From assembly GCA_964641215.1 (NCBI GenBank), contig CAZXKD010000001.1:23721-77257 (forward strand): a stretch of 53,537 nucleotides of DNA, in the 5' to 3' direction. The position numbers and the translations under genes were made by a program. Below the pieces are notes generated by a model. That model worked only from the letters and a program-made list of their open reading frames with translations, did no database searches and was not told the origin of the DNA. Source of the stretch: an uncultured Gemmatimonadaceae bacterium (GTDB lineage: Bacteria; Gemmatimonadota; Gemmatimonadetes; Gemmatimonadales; GWC2-71-9). The number at the start of each line of letters is the position of its first letter. Positions within the stretch are counted from its first letter, which is position 1. Of this stretch, positions 1-10,200 are shown piece after piece.

Positions 1-184
1 ACGGGTCACTCCCGGCACCCTGCCGGGGGGACCGACTCCTCCGTTCCCCGGGCCCCCGGGGGCCTTCGGGGGGGGGGTAGGGGCGGGAAAGGGTAACGGC
101 AAAACGGGGGGGGAAAAACCCGGCCCCCCCACCCCCCCCCCCCCCCCCCTTTCCCCCCCCCCCCCCCCCCCGCCCAAACCCTTC
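1..184. repeat. Low-complexity G/C homopolymer block at the window edge
   Basis: Runs read directly: G10 (68-77), G8 (106-113), C7 (124-130), C18 (132-149), C19 (153-171). There is also a short GC hairpin, cccggca-ccc-tgccggg, at 11-27. The block lies just 3' of the stop of the minus-strand CDS 185..823. Confidence 0.9.
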
Positions 185-823
185 CTAAGGCTGCCCGGGG
201 ATGGACGACTTGGCGTCCATGCCGCGACCGGTGAGGATCATGTCGGTCCCGTCGTTGCCGCGCACCCTTACCATGCCGAAGGGGATGTCGGCGCTCACCC
301 ACGCGTCGCCGTCGGCGCTCCGCACGTGCAGCGCGCGGACCTTGCCTGCCGGCACGGTCACCGTCTCCCACCCCACGACCACGCCGTTCGAGCAGCGGCG
401 GACGGTCTCGGACGCGACGCCCTGGGAGATCTGGCGGCTCATCATCGAGATCATCAGGTCCGGCACCTTCAAGGCCGGTTTATCCCCGCTCTTGACGACG
501 TAACTGCGAACGCTCGGCGTTGCCGTGCCGAGCCCAGCGACGAGCGCCTGCATGATGGTGCGATCGGCCGCGGCCTTCTCCCCCTTTTCGGTGGTGATCT
601 CGTACCAGTAGTAAGTCGAGTCGCCGAACTTCTCCGACCCGACGATCGCCAGTCGCATCGTGGAGCTCTGGCCGGTGCCGCTCGTGACGGCGTACGATGC
701 CCATTGACCTAGTCGCACCACTCGGATGGTGCGGCACAACTCGCTGAAGGACTGCGCGCGGAGCGTGACGGCGCCAGGGAGGACGAGCGCGAGGACCAGC
801 AGGCAGCGGGCACGAAGCGGCAC
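185..823 (-). CDS. Hypothetical secreted protein (212 aa)
   Basis: This is the C-terminal 212 codons of ORF 185..1735. GTG at 823 is preceded by GGAG about 8 nt upstream. The N-terminus VPLRARCLLVLALVLPGAVTLRAQ looks like a Sec signal peptide. The upstream part of the long ORF is Ala/Ser/Arg-rich and overlaps better genes on the other strand. Confidence 0.6.
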   Translation of the reverse strand: MPLRARCLLVLALVLPGAVTLRAQSFSELCRTIRVVRLGQWASYAVTSGTGQSSTMRLAIVGSEKFGDSTYYWYEITTEKGEKAAADRTIMQALVAGLGTATPSVRSYVVKSGDKPALKVPDLMISMMSRQISQGVASETVRRCSNGVVVGWETVTVPAGKVRALHVRSADGDAWVSADIPFGMVRVRGNDGTDMILTGRGMDAKSSIPGQP

Positions 824-992
824 AGTCGGACTCCGGACGGAGTGTTGGCTAGAGATACCTTTCAGACGCTCGAGCGGCCAGGAGGTTCCACAAGGACCTG
901 GCGGGGACGAGAGGACGGTTCGCGCGCCGGCGGTCCGTGAGGCATCATTAAGCGAGCACGCAGCGCGACTTCGACCTCTTGGAGGACACCGC

Positions 993-1241
993 ATGGCAGC
1001 GCCGGTCTCAGTCGAACGGTTCGTGAAGGAGCTGGAAGCCCTCAAAGCGGAAATGGACGCCGGCAAGCTGGCCCATAGTGAGTATGACCAACGCCTGGCC
1101 CGCGCGATCGGCGAGTTGCGAGAGCGTGGACTCGACGCCGATCGTGGCCGCGTGACCGCGGCCATCAACGACGCGGCCAAGCGCGGGATCATCACGCCGG
1201 CCGTGAAAGAGCACCTCGTGAAGCGGCTGGGGCTGTCATAG
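993..1241 (+). CDS. Small helical hypothetical protein (82 aa)
   Basis: ATG at 993 is preceded by GGAGGA (981-986). The composition is balanced and charged/helical (MAAPVSVERFVKELEALKAEMDAGK...), unlike the Arg-rich N-terminal part of ORF 726..1241. It ends 10 nt before the next gene. Confidence 0.5.
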   Translation: MAAPVSVERFVKELEALKAEMDAGKLAHSEYDQRLARAIGELRERGLDADRGRVTAAINDAAKRGIITPAVKEHLVKRLGLS

Positions 1242-1250
1242 ATTAGCGAG

Positions 1251-2774
1251 GTGCTCCGGTTCGTCCGCGCCGGCTCCCCTCTCCTGCCCCTGACGCTCGG
1301 CCTCCTCGCCGGCCTGTACTCCTTTTGGCTCACGGCGGTCACTCCCGGGCTCGAACCGGACTCCATGTCGTATCTCGGCGCCGCCGAGTCGCTGGTGCGG
1401 CACGGGGCGCTGCGCGTACCCTGGACGCACTGGCCGGAAGCGGACAGTACCTCCCCGCTCTCGGATTTTCCCCCCGCGTTCCCGATCGCCATCGCTGTGC
1501 CGCTCGCCGCAGGCGTGCCGCAGGTGCAGGCCGCCCGCTGGGTCATGCTTCTCGGGTTCGCCGTCGCAGTCGGCGTGGTCGCCGCGCTGATCGCGGACGC
1601 GGCGGGGGTCGCGGCGGCCGTCCTGATGACGGGGCTCGTGCTCGCGACGCCGGCGGTCGTCGGCATCAACACCATCGTGATGAGCGAGCCGCTGTTCCTG
1701 GCGGTGCTCGCGCTCATGGTGCACCAGATGGTCACGGTCCCGGAGCGAGCCTGGCGCTATGGAGTCCTGGCCGGTATCGGCGCGCTCGTCCGCTACGCCG
1801 GGGTCGCTCTGATCGGCGCCGCCGGACTGTGGGCTGGGGCGTTCGGGCGACCGGGTGACTGGCGGTCGCGGCTGCGGCGCGCCGCGGCCGCAGCCGTCCC
1901 CGGTATCGCGCTGCAGGCGCTCTGGGTGCTGCGCACGGACCTGGAAGGCGGCGATACGCCTCACACCAGCTTCGACTTCTACGGCGGGCTGTGGCACACG
2001 GTGCGGGGCGGGCTGGGCACGGTGTGCGGGTGGCTCGTCCCGGCGGTGTCGCCGGGACCCGCGCGGAACGCCATCGCGCTCGTCATCGCCGCGTTGCTGG
2101 TCGCCCTCTGGCGGAGCGCCGTCCGCCCGCGACCGGCAGCACCCTCGGGGCCGCGCCGACTGCTCGCGGCCGTAGGACTCGTCGTCGCCTGCTACGTCGC
2201 GGTCATGGTGTACTCGCGCCTGATGGTCGGCAGGGACATTGAATTCGACGCACGCATTCTCACGCCGGTGTTCGTGCTGGCCGCCGCCGGCGTGGCGGTT
2301 GCGGTGGGCGCGTGCTGGCAGTCGTGGACCGGCGTGAGCCGGCTGGTGACCGGCGCACTGGTCGCGGGATGGCTGGCGCTGGCGCTCCGGGCCGACACCG
2401 CCGCCATCGGGGCCCAGCTCGAAGCAGGCTACGGCTACGAGGCGCCGGACTGGCAGGCCTCGGACTTCGCCCGCTGGCTGCGCAGCGAAGGGGGAGGAAA
2501 GCGCTTCCAGTTCTTCACGAACGACCCGGCGGCGGTGTTCTTCCTCACGGGCCGCCCCGCCCGCTTGCTCCCCGATGGTCTCGACGCCGAAACGGTGCGT
2601 GCGTTCGCGGACGTGATGCGGGCGCGGCACGGCGCCGTGCTCGGGTTCGAGAGCGCCTTCGATCCGGTCGCACCACCCGAATCGCTCGCCGCACGACTCG
2701 GGCTGCGCGAGGCGATCCGCTTCGATTACGGGGTCGCCTGGATTCCCGCCGACTCCACGGAGCGGCGACCATGA
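1251..2774 (+). CDS. Polytopic membrane protein, GT-C-fold (ArnT/PMT-like) glycosyltransferase candidate
   Basis: 507-aa ORF with a GTG start. About 10 or more hydrophobic segments occupy the first ~380 aa. The first-loop motif EPDSMSYLGAAESL resembles the acidic D/E-x-x-Y loop of family 39/83 glycosyltransferases. A soluble tail of ~120 aa follows. Confidence 0.65.
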   Translation: MLRFVRAGSPLLPLTLGLLAGLYSFWLTAVTPGLEPDSMSYLGAAESLVRHGALRVPWTHWPEADSTSPLSDFPPAFPIAIAVPLAAGVPQVQAARWVMLLGFAVAVGVVAALIADAAGVAAAVLMTGLVLATPAVVGINTIVMSEPLFLAVLALMVHQMVTVPERAWRYGVLAGIGALVRYAGVALIGAAGLWAGAFGRPGDWRSRLRRAAAAAVPGIALQALWVLRTDLEGGDTPHTSFDFYGGLWHTVRGGLGTVCGWLVPAVSPGPARNAIALVIAALLVALWRSAVRPRPAAPSGPRRLLAAVGLVVACYVAVMVYSRLMVGRDIEFDARILTPVFVLAAAGVAVAVGACWQSWTGVSRLVTGALVAGWLALALRADTAAIGAQLEAGYGYEAPDWQASDFARWLRSEGGGKRFQFFTNDPAAVFFLTGRPARLLPDGLDAETVRAFADVMRARHGAVLGFESAFDPVAPPESLAARLGLREAIRFDYGVAWIPADSTERRP

Positions 2775-4063
2775 CCGCCCCGTCGATCGCGGTGTTGCCT
2801 TTCGCCAACCTCAGCGGGGAGCCCGACAAGGACTACTTCACAGACGGCTTGGCTGAAGGAGTTGCGCATACGCTCGCGCCGCTGCGAGCCCTGCGGATCG
2901 CCGCGCACGCGTCCGGCCTCGCGTTCAAAGGCGGCACGCTCGAGCCGCGGGAGATCGCGAACCGGCTCGGCGTCGAGGCGGTGCTCGAGGGGGGAGTGCG
3001 ACGCGTCGGCGACCAGCTGCAGGTGACCGTCCGGCTGGTCGGCGTGGCGGACGGAGCCGAGCGCTGGGCGTCGCGCTATGATCGTCCTTTGACCGGCGTG
3101 TTCGCCGTCCTGGCCGAGATCGCCGCCGAGGTCGCTCGCACGCTGGGGGTGTCCGCGACGGACGCCGAGCAGCGCGCCATGGCCCGGTCGCCGACGACCG
3201 ACATCGCCGCCTACGACAGCTACCTGCAGGGGCGACAGCTCGCCCACCAGCTGCTGCGGCGCAGCCAGGATTCCGCCCGGATGCTGTTCGAGCAGGCCGT
3301 CGCCCAGGATGCGGCGTTCGCGCGGGCTCACGCCGGGCTCGCCAACAGCCACGCGATGATGTTCCAGTACTGGGACTCGAGCGAGGCGAATGTGCAGGCC
3401 GCCGACCGCGCGAGCGGGCGGGCGGTGGAGCTCGGGCCGGACGTCGCCGACACGCACGTGGCGCGCGGGCTGGCCAGCTCGCTCGCCAAGCGCTTCGACG
3501 AGGCGCATCGGGAGTTCGCCACCGCCCTCGAGCTGCGACCCGACTGCTTCGACGCGTGCTACTTCCTGGCCCGCAGCTATCGGGCGGAGGGCGCCATGAC
3601 CGAGGCCGCCCGCTGGTTCGAGCGGGCGTGCGCGCTGCGCCCGGAGGACTACGCCACCCGGCAGCTCATGTCCAGTGTGTACACGAGCCTCGGCCGGACC
3701 GAAGAGTCGACGGCCCTGCAGCGCAAGGCGCTGGTGCTCGCCGAGGAGCAGCTGGAGCGCAACCCCGACGACGCCCGCGCCCTCTACCTCGCCGCCGGGG
3801 CGCTGGCGACGCTGGGGGACAGCGCCCGCGCCCGCCAGTGGGCCAGGCGCGCCGTCGCCATGGATCCCGATGACTCGGCGGTCCTCTACAACGTCGCGTG
3901 CGCCTATGCGATCCTGCGCCTCACCGACTCGGCGATCGACTGTCTCGAGCAGGCGGTCGCCAATGGGTTCGGGCACTGGCAGTGGATCGAGCACGACTCC
4001 GATCTCGACTCGCTCCGCGAGCACCCCCGATTCAAGGCGCTCCTGGCACAGCAGTCGCGCTGA
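2771..4063 (+). CDS. TPR-repeat protein with TolB-N-like N-terminal domain
   Basis: The ATG at 2771 (residue 154 of ORF 2312..4063) overlaps the previous stop as ATGA. The N-terminus IAVLPFANLSGEPDKDYFTDGLAEG is the typical TolB-amino-terminal-like module. The C-terminal ~270 aa are TPR-like (AL.L.P..A.A...LA repeats). Confidence 0.8.
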   Translation: MTAPSIAVLPFANLSGEPDKDYFTDGLAEGVAHTLAPLRALRIAAHASGLAFKGGTLEPREIANRLGVEAVLEGGVRRVGDQLQVTVRLVGVADGAERWASRYDRPLTGVFAVLAEIAAEVARTLGVSATDAEQRAMARSPTTDIAAYDSYLQGRQLAHQLLRRSQDSARMLFEQAVAQDAAFARAHAGLANSHAMMFQYWDSSEANVQAADRASGRAVELGPDVADTHVARGLASSLAKRFDEAHREFATALELRPDCFDACYFLARSYRAEGAMTEAARWFERACALRPEDYATRQLMSSVYTSLGRTEESTALQRKALVLAEEQLERNPDDARALYLAAGALATLGDSARARQWARRAVAMDPDDSAVLYNVACAYAILRLTDSAIDCLEQAVANGFGHWQWIEHDSDLDSLREHPRFKALLAQQSR

Positions 4064-4126
4064 CGACCGGCCCGCGCCCGCAGCGTTATTATTGCCGGTG
4101 ATGTCCCCCACTCCGCAGCGCTGCTC

Positions 4127-4795
4127 GTGCGGGTCCTGATCGTTGAGGACGACCCCGAGCTCGGCGGCCTAGTGCGTGACGGCCTGCGGGCCCATCGCAT
4201 CGACGCCACCGTCGCAACGAGCTTCGTTGACGGCCGGGAATGCGCCGCGGCGGGCGAGTACGACGTGGTGATTCTGGACGTCCGGCTGCCAGGTGGCTCC
4301 GGCTTCGACCTGTGCCGCGAGCTGCGGCGGGCGGGCCTCACCACGCCCGTGCTCATGCTCACCGCTCTGGACGCGGTAGACTACCGCGTGTCCGGCCTGG
4401 AGTCGGGTGCCGACGACTACCTGACGAAGCCCTTCGCCTTCCAGGAGCTCCTCGCCCGTCTCAAGGCGCTGGCCCGTCGCCGGCCAGCCGTCGTGGCGGC
4501 GCAGCACCGCTTTGCGGATCTCGAGGTGGACCTGTCGGCCCGCACGGTGCGCCGGGCCGGCAGGCCGATTTCGCTCACGGCCAAGGAATTCGCTCTGCTC
4601 GAGCTGTTCGTCCTCCACCAGGGCCGGGTGCTCGACCGGTCGACGATCACGGCCCACGTGTGGGACGACAACCACGACCCCTTCGCCAACCTCCTGGACG
4701 TGCTGGTGCGCCGGCTGCGCCGCAAGATCGACGATGACTTCGAGCCGAAGTTGATCACCACCCTCCGGGGCGCCGGGTACCGGTTCGGTTCATGA
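4127..4795 (+). CDS. OmpR-family response regulator, CusR/CopR-like
   Basis: The receiver domain reads MRVLIVEDDPEL...VVILDVRLPGGSG...LTKPF. The winged-helix C-terminus RRLRRKIDDDFEPKLITTLRGAGY is nearly identical to E. coli CusR as I recall it. GTG start. Confidence 0.93.
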   Translation: MRVLIVEDDPELGGLVRDGLRAHRIDATVATSFVDGRECAAAGEYDVVILDVRLPGGSGFDLCRELRRAGLTTPVLMLTALDAVDYRVSGLESGADDYLTKPFAFQELLARLKALARRRPAVVAAQHRFADLEVDLSARTVRRAGRPISLTAKEFALLELFVLHQGRVLDRSTITAHVWDDNHDPFANLLDVLVRRLRRKIDDDFEPKLITTLRGAGYRFGS

Positions 4796-6060
4796 ACCCG
4801 CTCGTCCGGCTGCGCCTGCGTCTCACCCTGTGGTACGGAGGGGTGCTCACGCTGATTCTCGCGCTGCTGGGTGGGGGCTTGTTCTTCGCCATCCGACATC
4901 AGATCTCCCGTCAACTCGACCTCTCCCTCCAGGCCGCCACGCTCGCCCTGGAGCGCGCGGCGCGCATCCGCGAGGTCGAGCGGGCGCGCGCCACGGGACC
5001 GGTGATGGACGCCGTGGACGAGCTGCACATCCCCGACCGTGAGCTGTACCTGTTCGACAGCGTGGGTCGGCCGATCAAGCCGGCCCAGGCGCCGGCTTGG
5101 ATCGCGGAGGCCGCTCGCCTCGCGTCGCGCGTCGGCATCGCCGACCGCGACATTGATACGCCCCCCCCCCACGACCACCAGGTCCGGCTCCACGCCGCGC
5201 GCTTCACGGGTGGGAACGGGACCACTTATGTCGCGGCCGTGGCGGCCGACAGATTCGAGCTGGAAGACCAATACGCCTCGCTCATCGAGGCGTTCGCCGC
5301 CGCGGCGATCGTCGGCCTGCTGCTGGTGGCCGGAGGAGGCTACGTGCTGGTGCGAAAGTCCACCGCGCCGGTGGAGCGCTCGATGGATCAGATGCGCCGG
5401 TTCATGGCCGACGCGGCGCACGAGCTCCGGACGCCGATCACCATCCTTCGCACGCGGGCCGAGGTCGCGCTCGGTCAGGAGCGCGCCGCGACGCAAGACG
5501 CGGCGACGCTGCGGGCCGTCGAGCGCGAAACGGCCCGCCTGGGAGAGATCGTGGAGGATCTCTTGACCCTCGCGCGGGCCGACGCCGGCGAGCGGACCGT
5601 CAGGCATGTACCCATTTACCTGGACGACATCGCCGCGGAGGCTGTCGATGCCGTCAGGACGCTGGCGGAGCAGAAGCACGTGCAGCTGAAGGTCGGCACG
5701 TTCGAAGAAGCGAAGATCGCCGGGGACCCCGCGCTCGTGCGGGAGCTGCTGCTCATCGTGCTGGACAACGCCGTCAAGTTCACGCCCGCGGCGGGGAACG
5801 TGCGCCTCGACGTGGCCACGGCCGACGGCCGCGCCTCGGTCGCGGTCACCGATACGGGCGTCGGCATCCCGGCTGAGCAGCTGCCGCGCGTCTTCGAGCG
5901 CTTCTACCGCGGGGAGCCGGCGCGGCATGAGGCGCAAGGCGCCGGCCTCGGCCTCGCGATTGCCCGCTGGATCGCCGACGCGCACGGGGCCAGCATCGAC
6001 ATCACATCCACGCCGGGAGCGGGGACCACGGTAAGGGTGGGCTTCCCGGTTGCGGAGTGA
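4792..6060 (+). CDS. Sensor histidine kinase (CusS-like architecture)
   Basis: ATGA overlap with the regulator gene. Two TM segments flank a ~140-aa periplasmic region. H-box FMADAAHELRTPIT; HATPase motifs DNAVKFTP, DTGVGIP, GAGLGLAIA. Confidence 0.9.
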   Translation: MNPLVRLRLRLTLWYGGVLTLILALLGGGLFFAIRHQISRQLDLSLQAATLALERAARIREVERARATGPVMDAVDELHIPDRELYLFDSVGRPIKPAQAPAWIAEAARLASRVGIADRDIDTPPPHDHQVRLHAARFTGGNGTTYVAAVAADRFELEDQYASLIEAFAAAAIVGLLLVAGGGYVLVRKSTAPVERSMDQMRRFMADAAHELRTPITILRTRAEVALGQERAATQDAATLRAVERETARLGEIVEDLLTLARADAGERTVRHVPIYLDDIAAEAVDAVRTLAEQKHVQLKVGTFEEAKIAGDPALVRELLLIVLDNAVKFTPAAGNVRLDVATADGRASVAVTDTGVGIPAEQLPRVFERFYRGEPARHEAQGAGLGLAIARWIADAHGASIDITSTPGAGTTVRVGFPVAE

Positions 6061-6181
6061 GACTCTCCGCGCACCCCTCTCACCCCTTGCTTCCCCTGGA
6101 AACCGGGAGTTACGTGATCCAGGCTGGTTCCCTGCCGCGCGGCGCAGCATCGGACCCGTTTCCAAAGGAGGAGCTGTGAAC

Positions 6182-7201
6182 ATGGTGTCCCGCCTGCTCT
6201 CCTGCACCGCCATGCTCCTGGGGGTCGGCCTTGCGCCCGGCAGCGCGCAGTCCTACCACGTCGCCAACACCTATACGCTGGGCGGCGACGGCGGATGGGA
6301 TTATCTCGCCCTCGATACCGTGGGTCATCGGCTGTTCATCGCGCGTCAGAACCGCGTCATGGTCGTGGACCCCGACAACGGGAAACTGCTCGCGGAGATC
6401 CAGGGGCTGAATCGCGCCCACGGAGTCGCCTTCGCCTACGAGGCCGGCCACGGCTTCGCCACATCGGGCGGCGACAGCAGCGTGCTGATGTTCGACCTCA
6501 AGACCCTCCACGTGCTCGACCACACGACCGCCGCCCCCGACGCCGACGCCATCCTGTACGACCCGGCGACGAAACGCGTGTTCACGTTCAACGGCGACTC
6601 GCACAATGCCAGCGTGATCGATGCCACCTCCGGGAAGAAGATCGGAAGCATCGATCTCGGCGCGGGCCCTGAATTCGGCGTCTCCGGCGGAGACGGCAAG
6701 CTGTACGTGAATCTCGAGGACAAAGGCGCCGTTGCGGAAATCGACGCCGCCGCCATGAAGGTCACGCGCCAATGGTCGTTGGCGCCGTGCCAGTCCCCGA
6801 CCGGCCTCGCGATCGATCGGACGCATCACCGGCTGTTCAGCGGCTGCCGTAACCAGATGATGGCCATCTCCGATGCGACCGCCGGCAAGCTGATCACCAC
6901 CTTGCCGATCGGGCAGGGCGTCGATGCGTGCCGGTTCGACCCAGGGACGCAGCAGGCCTTCGCCTCCAATGGCGATGGGACCTTGACCGTGGTGCACGAG
7001 GATTCGCCCGACAAGTTCACCGTGGTCGCCAACGTGACGACGAAGCGCGGCGCCCGGACGATGGAGGTCGACCTGAAGACGCATCGCGTGTTCACCGCGA
7101 CCGCGGACTTCGGGCCGCCGCCGGCGCATACCGCGGATCGCCCGCGCCCGCGGCCAAGCATCATGCCCGGGACGTTCGCGCTGTTGGTGCTCGATCCGTA
7201 A
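6182..7201 (+). CDS. YncE-like / YVTN beta-propeller repeat protein, secreted
   Basis: ATG at 6182 with AAGGAGG 9-15 nt upstream. Signal peptide MVSRLLSCTAMLLGVGLAPGSAQS. Repeated blade-like segments (G.DY.A.D....LF...; ...V.V.D..TGK...) are typical of seven-bladed YncE-type propellers. Confidence 0.75.
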   Translation: MVSRLLSCTAMLLGVGLAPGSAQSYHVANTYTLGGDGGWDYLALDTVGHRLFIARQNRVMVVDPDNGKLLAEIQGLNRAHGVAFAYEAGHGFATSGGDSSVLMFDLKTLHVLDHTTAAPDADAILYDPATKRVFTFNGDSHNASVIDATSGKKIGSIDLGAGPEFGVSGGDGKLYVNLEDKGAVAEIDAAAMKVTRQWSLAPCQSPTGLAIDRTHHRLFSGCRNQMMAISDATAGKLITTLPIGQGVDACRFDPGTQQAFASNGDGTLTVVHEDSPDKFTVVANVTTKRGARTMEVDLKTHRVFTATADFGPPPAHTADRPRPRPSIMPGTFALLVLDP

Positions 7202-7222
7202 GAAGCGGGCCGCCGCGTCGAG

Positions 7223-10200
7223 TCACCGCTGCGTTGTGTAGCTCCCTCCCCGGATGGCGACGAGCAGAATCGGCACGGCGAACAGCGTGATCGGCGTCGA
7301 CAGCGCCAGCCCGCCGATCACGGCGAGCGCGAGGGGGCGCTGCAGCTCGCTCCCGGTCCCGATGCCGAGGGCGAGGGGGAGCAGGCCGAACAACGTGCAC
7401 AGCGTCGTCATCAGAATGGGACGGAGCCGTACCCGCGCGGCTTCCCGGATCGCCGTCTCCAGCGGCACGCCCGCCGCCCGCATCCGCAGCCGCGTGAAGT
7501 CGAGCAGAATGATCCCGTTCTTCACGATCAGCCCGACGAGCAGGATCAGCCCCATGAGGGAGGAGACGTTCAGCGCCGTGCCCGTCACGAGCAGCAGCAC
7601 GAGCGCCCCGACGAACGACACGGGAGCGACAAGCAGCACGACGAGCGGCTCCACGAACGACTCGAACTGCACCACCATCACCGCGCACACGCTCATCACC
7701 GCGAGTCCGAGCACGAGGAGCAGCGCGCGGAAGGCATCCTGCTGGCCCGCGTACTGGCCGCCGAGCGCCACCCGCACCCCCGACGGCGGGGTATGCGCGG
7801 CGAGGACGTGGCGCACGTCCCCCATCACCCGGCCGAGCGAGCGACCGCTGACGTCCGCCGTCATCACAATCTGCTGCTGCTGGTTCTCGCGCTCGAGGGC
7901 TGCCCGGGACTCGGCCGGCGTGAACGAGGCGAGACTGCCGAGCGGCGTGGCGCGGTGCGTGCGGGTGCTGAGGACCGGCAGGGAGCGCAATCGTAACGGA
8001 TCGAATCGGACCGAGTCGGGCGCGCGCACGCGCACGGCCACCGGCCGGTCTTCGGTCCGGATCTCCCCGGCGTTCACCCCGAGCAACGCCGCGCTGGCCG
8101 TGGCCCCGACGTCCGCGGGCGTCATCCCGAGACGGTCGGTCTCCGCCTGGTGCACGCTCATCAGCAGCTCGGCCGAGGGCTCGCTCACGCCGTTGTAGAG
8201 GTCCTCGAGCCCATCGATGTGCCCGAGCTCCGGAGCGAGACGCTGCGCATAGGCCTCGAGGGTATCGAGACGCTCGCCGAACAGCTTGATCTCGACGGGT
8301 CGTGCCGCTCCAGCCAAGTCGTTGATCACGTCCGAGAGGATCTGCACGAACTCGATGCGCAGCCGCGGGGCGGCGGCCGAGGTCTTGCCTCGCACGTCGT
8401 CGATCACAGCGAAGATGTCGCGGGAGCGCGCGCTCTGCGGCACGAGCCGCGCGACGATGTCGCCGCGATTCTGCTCCGTGGCGAACAGCCCGAGCTCGGC
8501 GCCCGTGCGGCGCGACGTCCCGGAGATCTCCGGTGTCGTCGCGAGAATCCGCTCGGCGAGGCCGACCAGGCGGTTCGTCTCGTCGAGCGCCGTGCCGCCG
8601 GGGGTCCAGTAGTCCAGCACGAACGCCCCCTCGTCCATCTCCGGCAGGAAGCCCGTGACGACCAGGCGCCACAGCCCGATCCCGACGAGCACCAGCGCCG
8701 CCGCGGTGATGGCGACCCGTCGGGGATGGTGCAGCACGGCGGCGAGGGCGCGCTCGTAGCGCGGCCCCAGCACGTCGAGCGCCCGCTGGACCCGCACGAG
8801 CGGGCCGCCCGTGACGGCGGCGACCTCATGAGCGGTGACGAACTGCTCGGCGAGGAGCGGGATGATGGTGAGCGCCAGGCCGAGCGACACCAACACGGCC
8901 ACCGTCAGAGTCGTCGCCAGCGCCGCGAAGAACTGTCCCACCACCCCTTGCAGCAAGCCGAGCGGCAGGAACACGACGACCGTGGTGATCGTGGAAGTCG
9001 TGACCGGCCAGATGAGCTCCTGGACCGCCTCCCGAATCGCGCGGAACCGATCGGGCGTGAGCGCCAGATGGCGGGCGATGTTCTCCGTGATCACGACCGC
9101 GTCGTCGATCACCAAGCCGATGGCGATCGCCATGGCGCCCAGGGTCATCAGGTTGAAGGTCTGGCCGATGAGGCTCATCACGAACACCGTAATGGCGAGC
9201 GTCAACGGGATCGCCGCGGCGCTGATCGCGGTGATGCGTCCGTGGCGCAAGAACAGCAGGAGCACCAAGACGGCGAGCCCGGCCCCCACGAGCATCGCAT
9301 CCCGCACCGCGCGAACGGCGTCGCGCACCAGCGCCGCCTGGTCGTACACGGGCTTGAGACGGACGCCCGGCGGGAGGGTGGGGCCGAGCCCGGCGACGAT
9401 CGCCGCGACGCTGTCCGCGACCGCGAGCGTGTTGCCCCCGACCTGCCGCGTGACGTTGATCAACGCCGCCGGCTTGCCGTCGCCCGCGATGATCCGGACG
9501 TGGTCCTCCGTCCCCAGGCGCACAGTCGCCACGTCCCGCACTCGCAACCCGTTCTCCAACACCACCGCACCGATGTCTTCCGGGGTATGGGCCTCCTGGT
9601 TCGTCACGATCAGGTATTGCCGGTAGTCCTGCGCCACCCGGCCCACTGCCTGCACCGTGACCGCGTCCCGGATGGCGTCGGCGAGAGCGCCGTACGTCAG
9701 CCCTTGCGCCGCGAGCCGCGCTGGGTCCGCGACTACCTCGACCTCGCGGACGTCCGAGCCTTGCACGTCGACCCGCCCGACGCCGGGGACGCGCGAGATC
9801 AGGGGCTTGATCCCGTAGCGAGCCAAGTCGTACAGCGTGGCCGGATCGCCGCCCTCGAGGTTGTACGACAGGATCGGGAACAGCGACGGAGCCAGCCGCT
9901 CGACCTCGATGTCGAGGCCCGACGGCAGGCCGCCGGCGACCTGATTGACGCGCGCGCGCACGAGCTGGAGCGCGTAGGCCATGTCGGTGCTCGGCGCGAA
10001 GGTGATCTGGATCTCGACCGCGCCACGAATGGAGTGCGAGCGCACCCGCGTGACTCCCGGCACCACGCTGACGGCTTCCTCGAGCGGCCGCGTGATGCTG
10101 AACACCACCTGCCGCGCCCCGAGGGTCGAGCCCTGGGCGACGAGGGTGATGCGGGAGAACTGCAGCTCGGGATAGATGGCGGACGGCAGCAGGAGCGCGG

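Noticed and set aside
6-371. 121-aa minus-strand ORF with Gly and Pro runs (GGGGGKGGGGGGWGG...PPPF).
   Set aside because: It is simply the translation of the homopolymer block at 60-175. The composition is not protein-like, and it overlaps the 3' end of the better-supported CDS 185..823.
824-1735. N-terminal 300 codons of ORF 185..1735.
   Set aside because: This stretch is Ala/Ser/Arg/Thr-rich and runs antisense to two plus-strand genes with good features (993..1241, 1251..2774). A GTG with an RBS and a signal peptide at 823 gives a coherent shorter protein.
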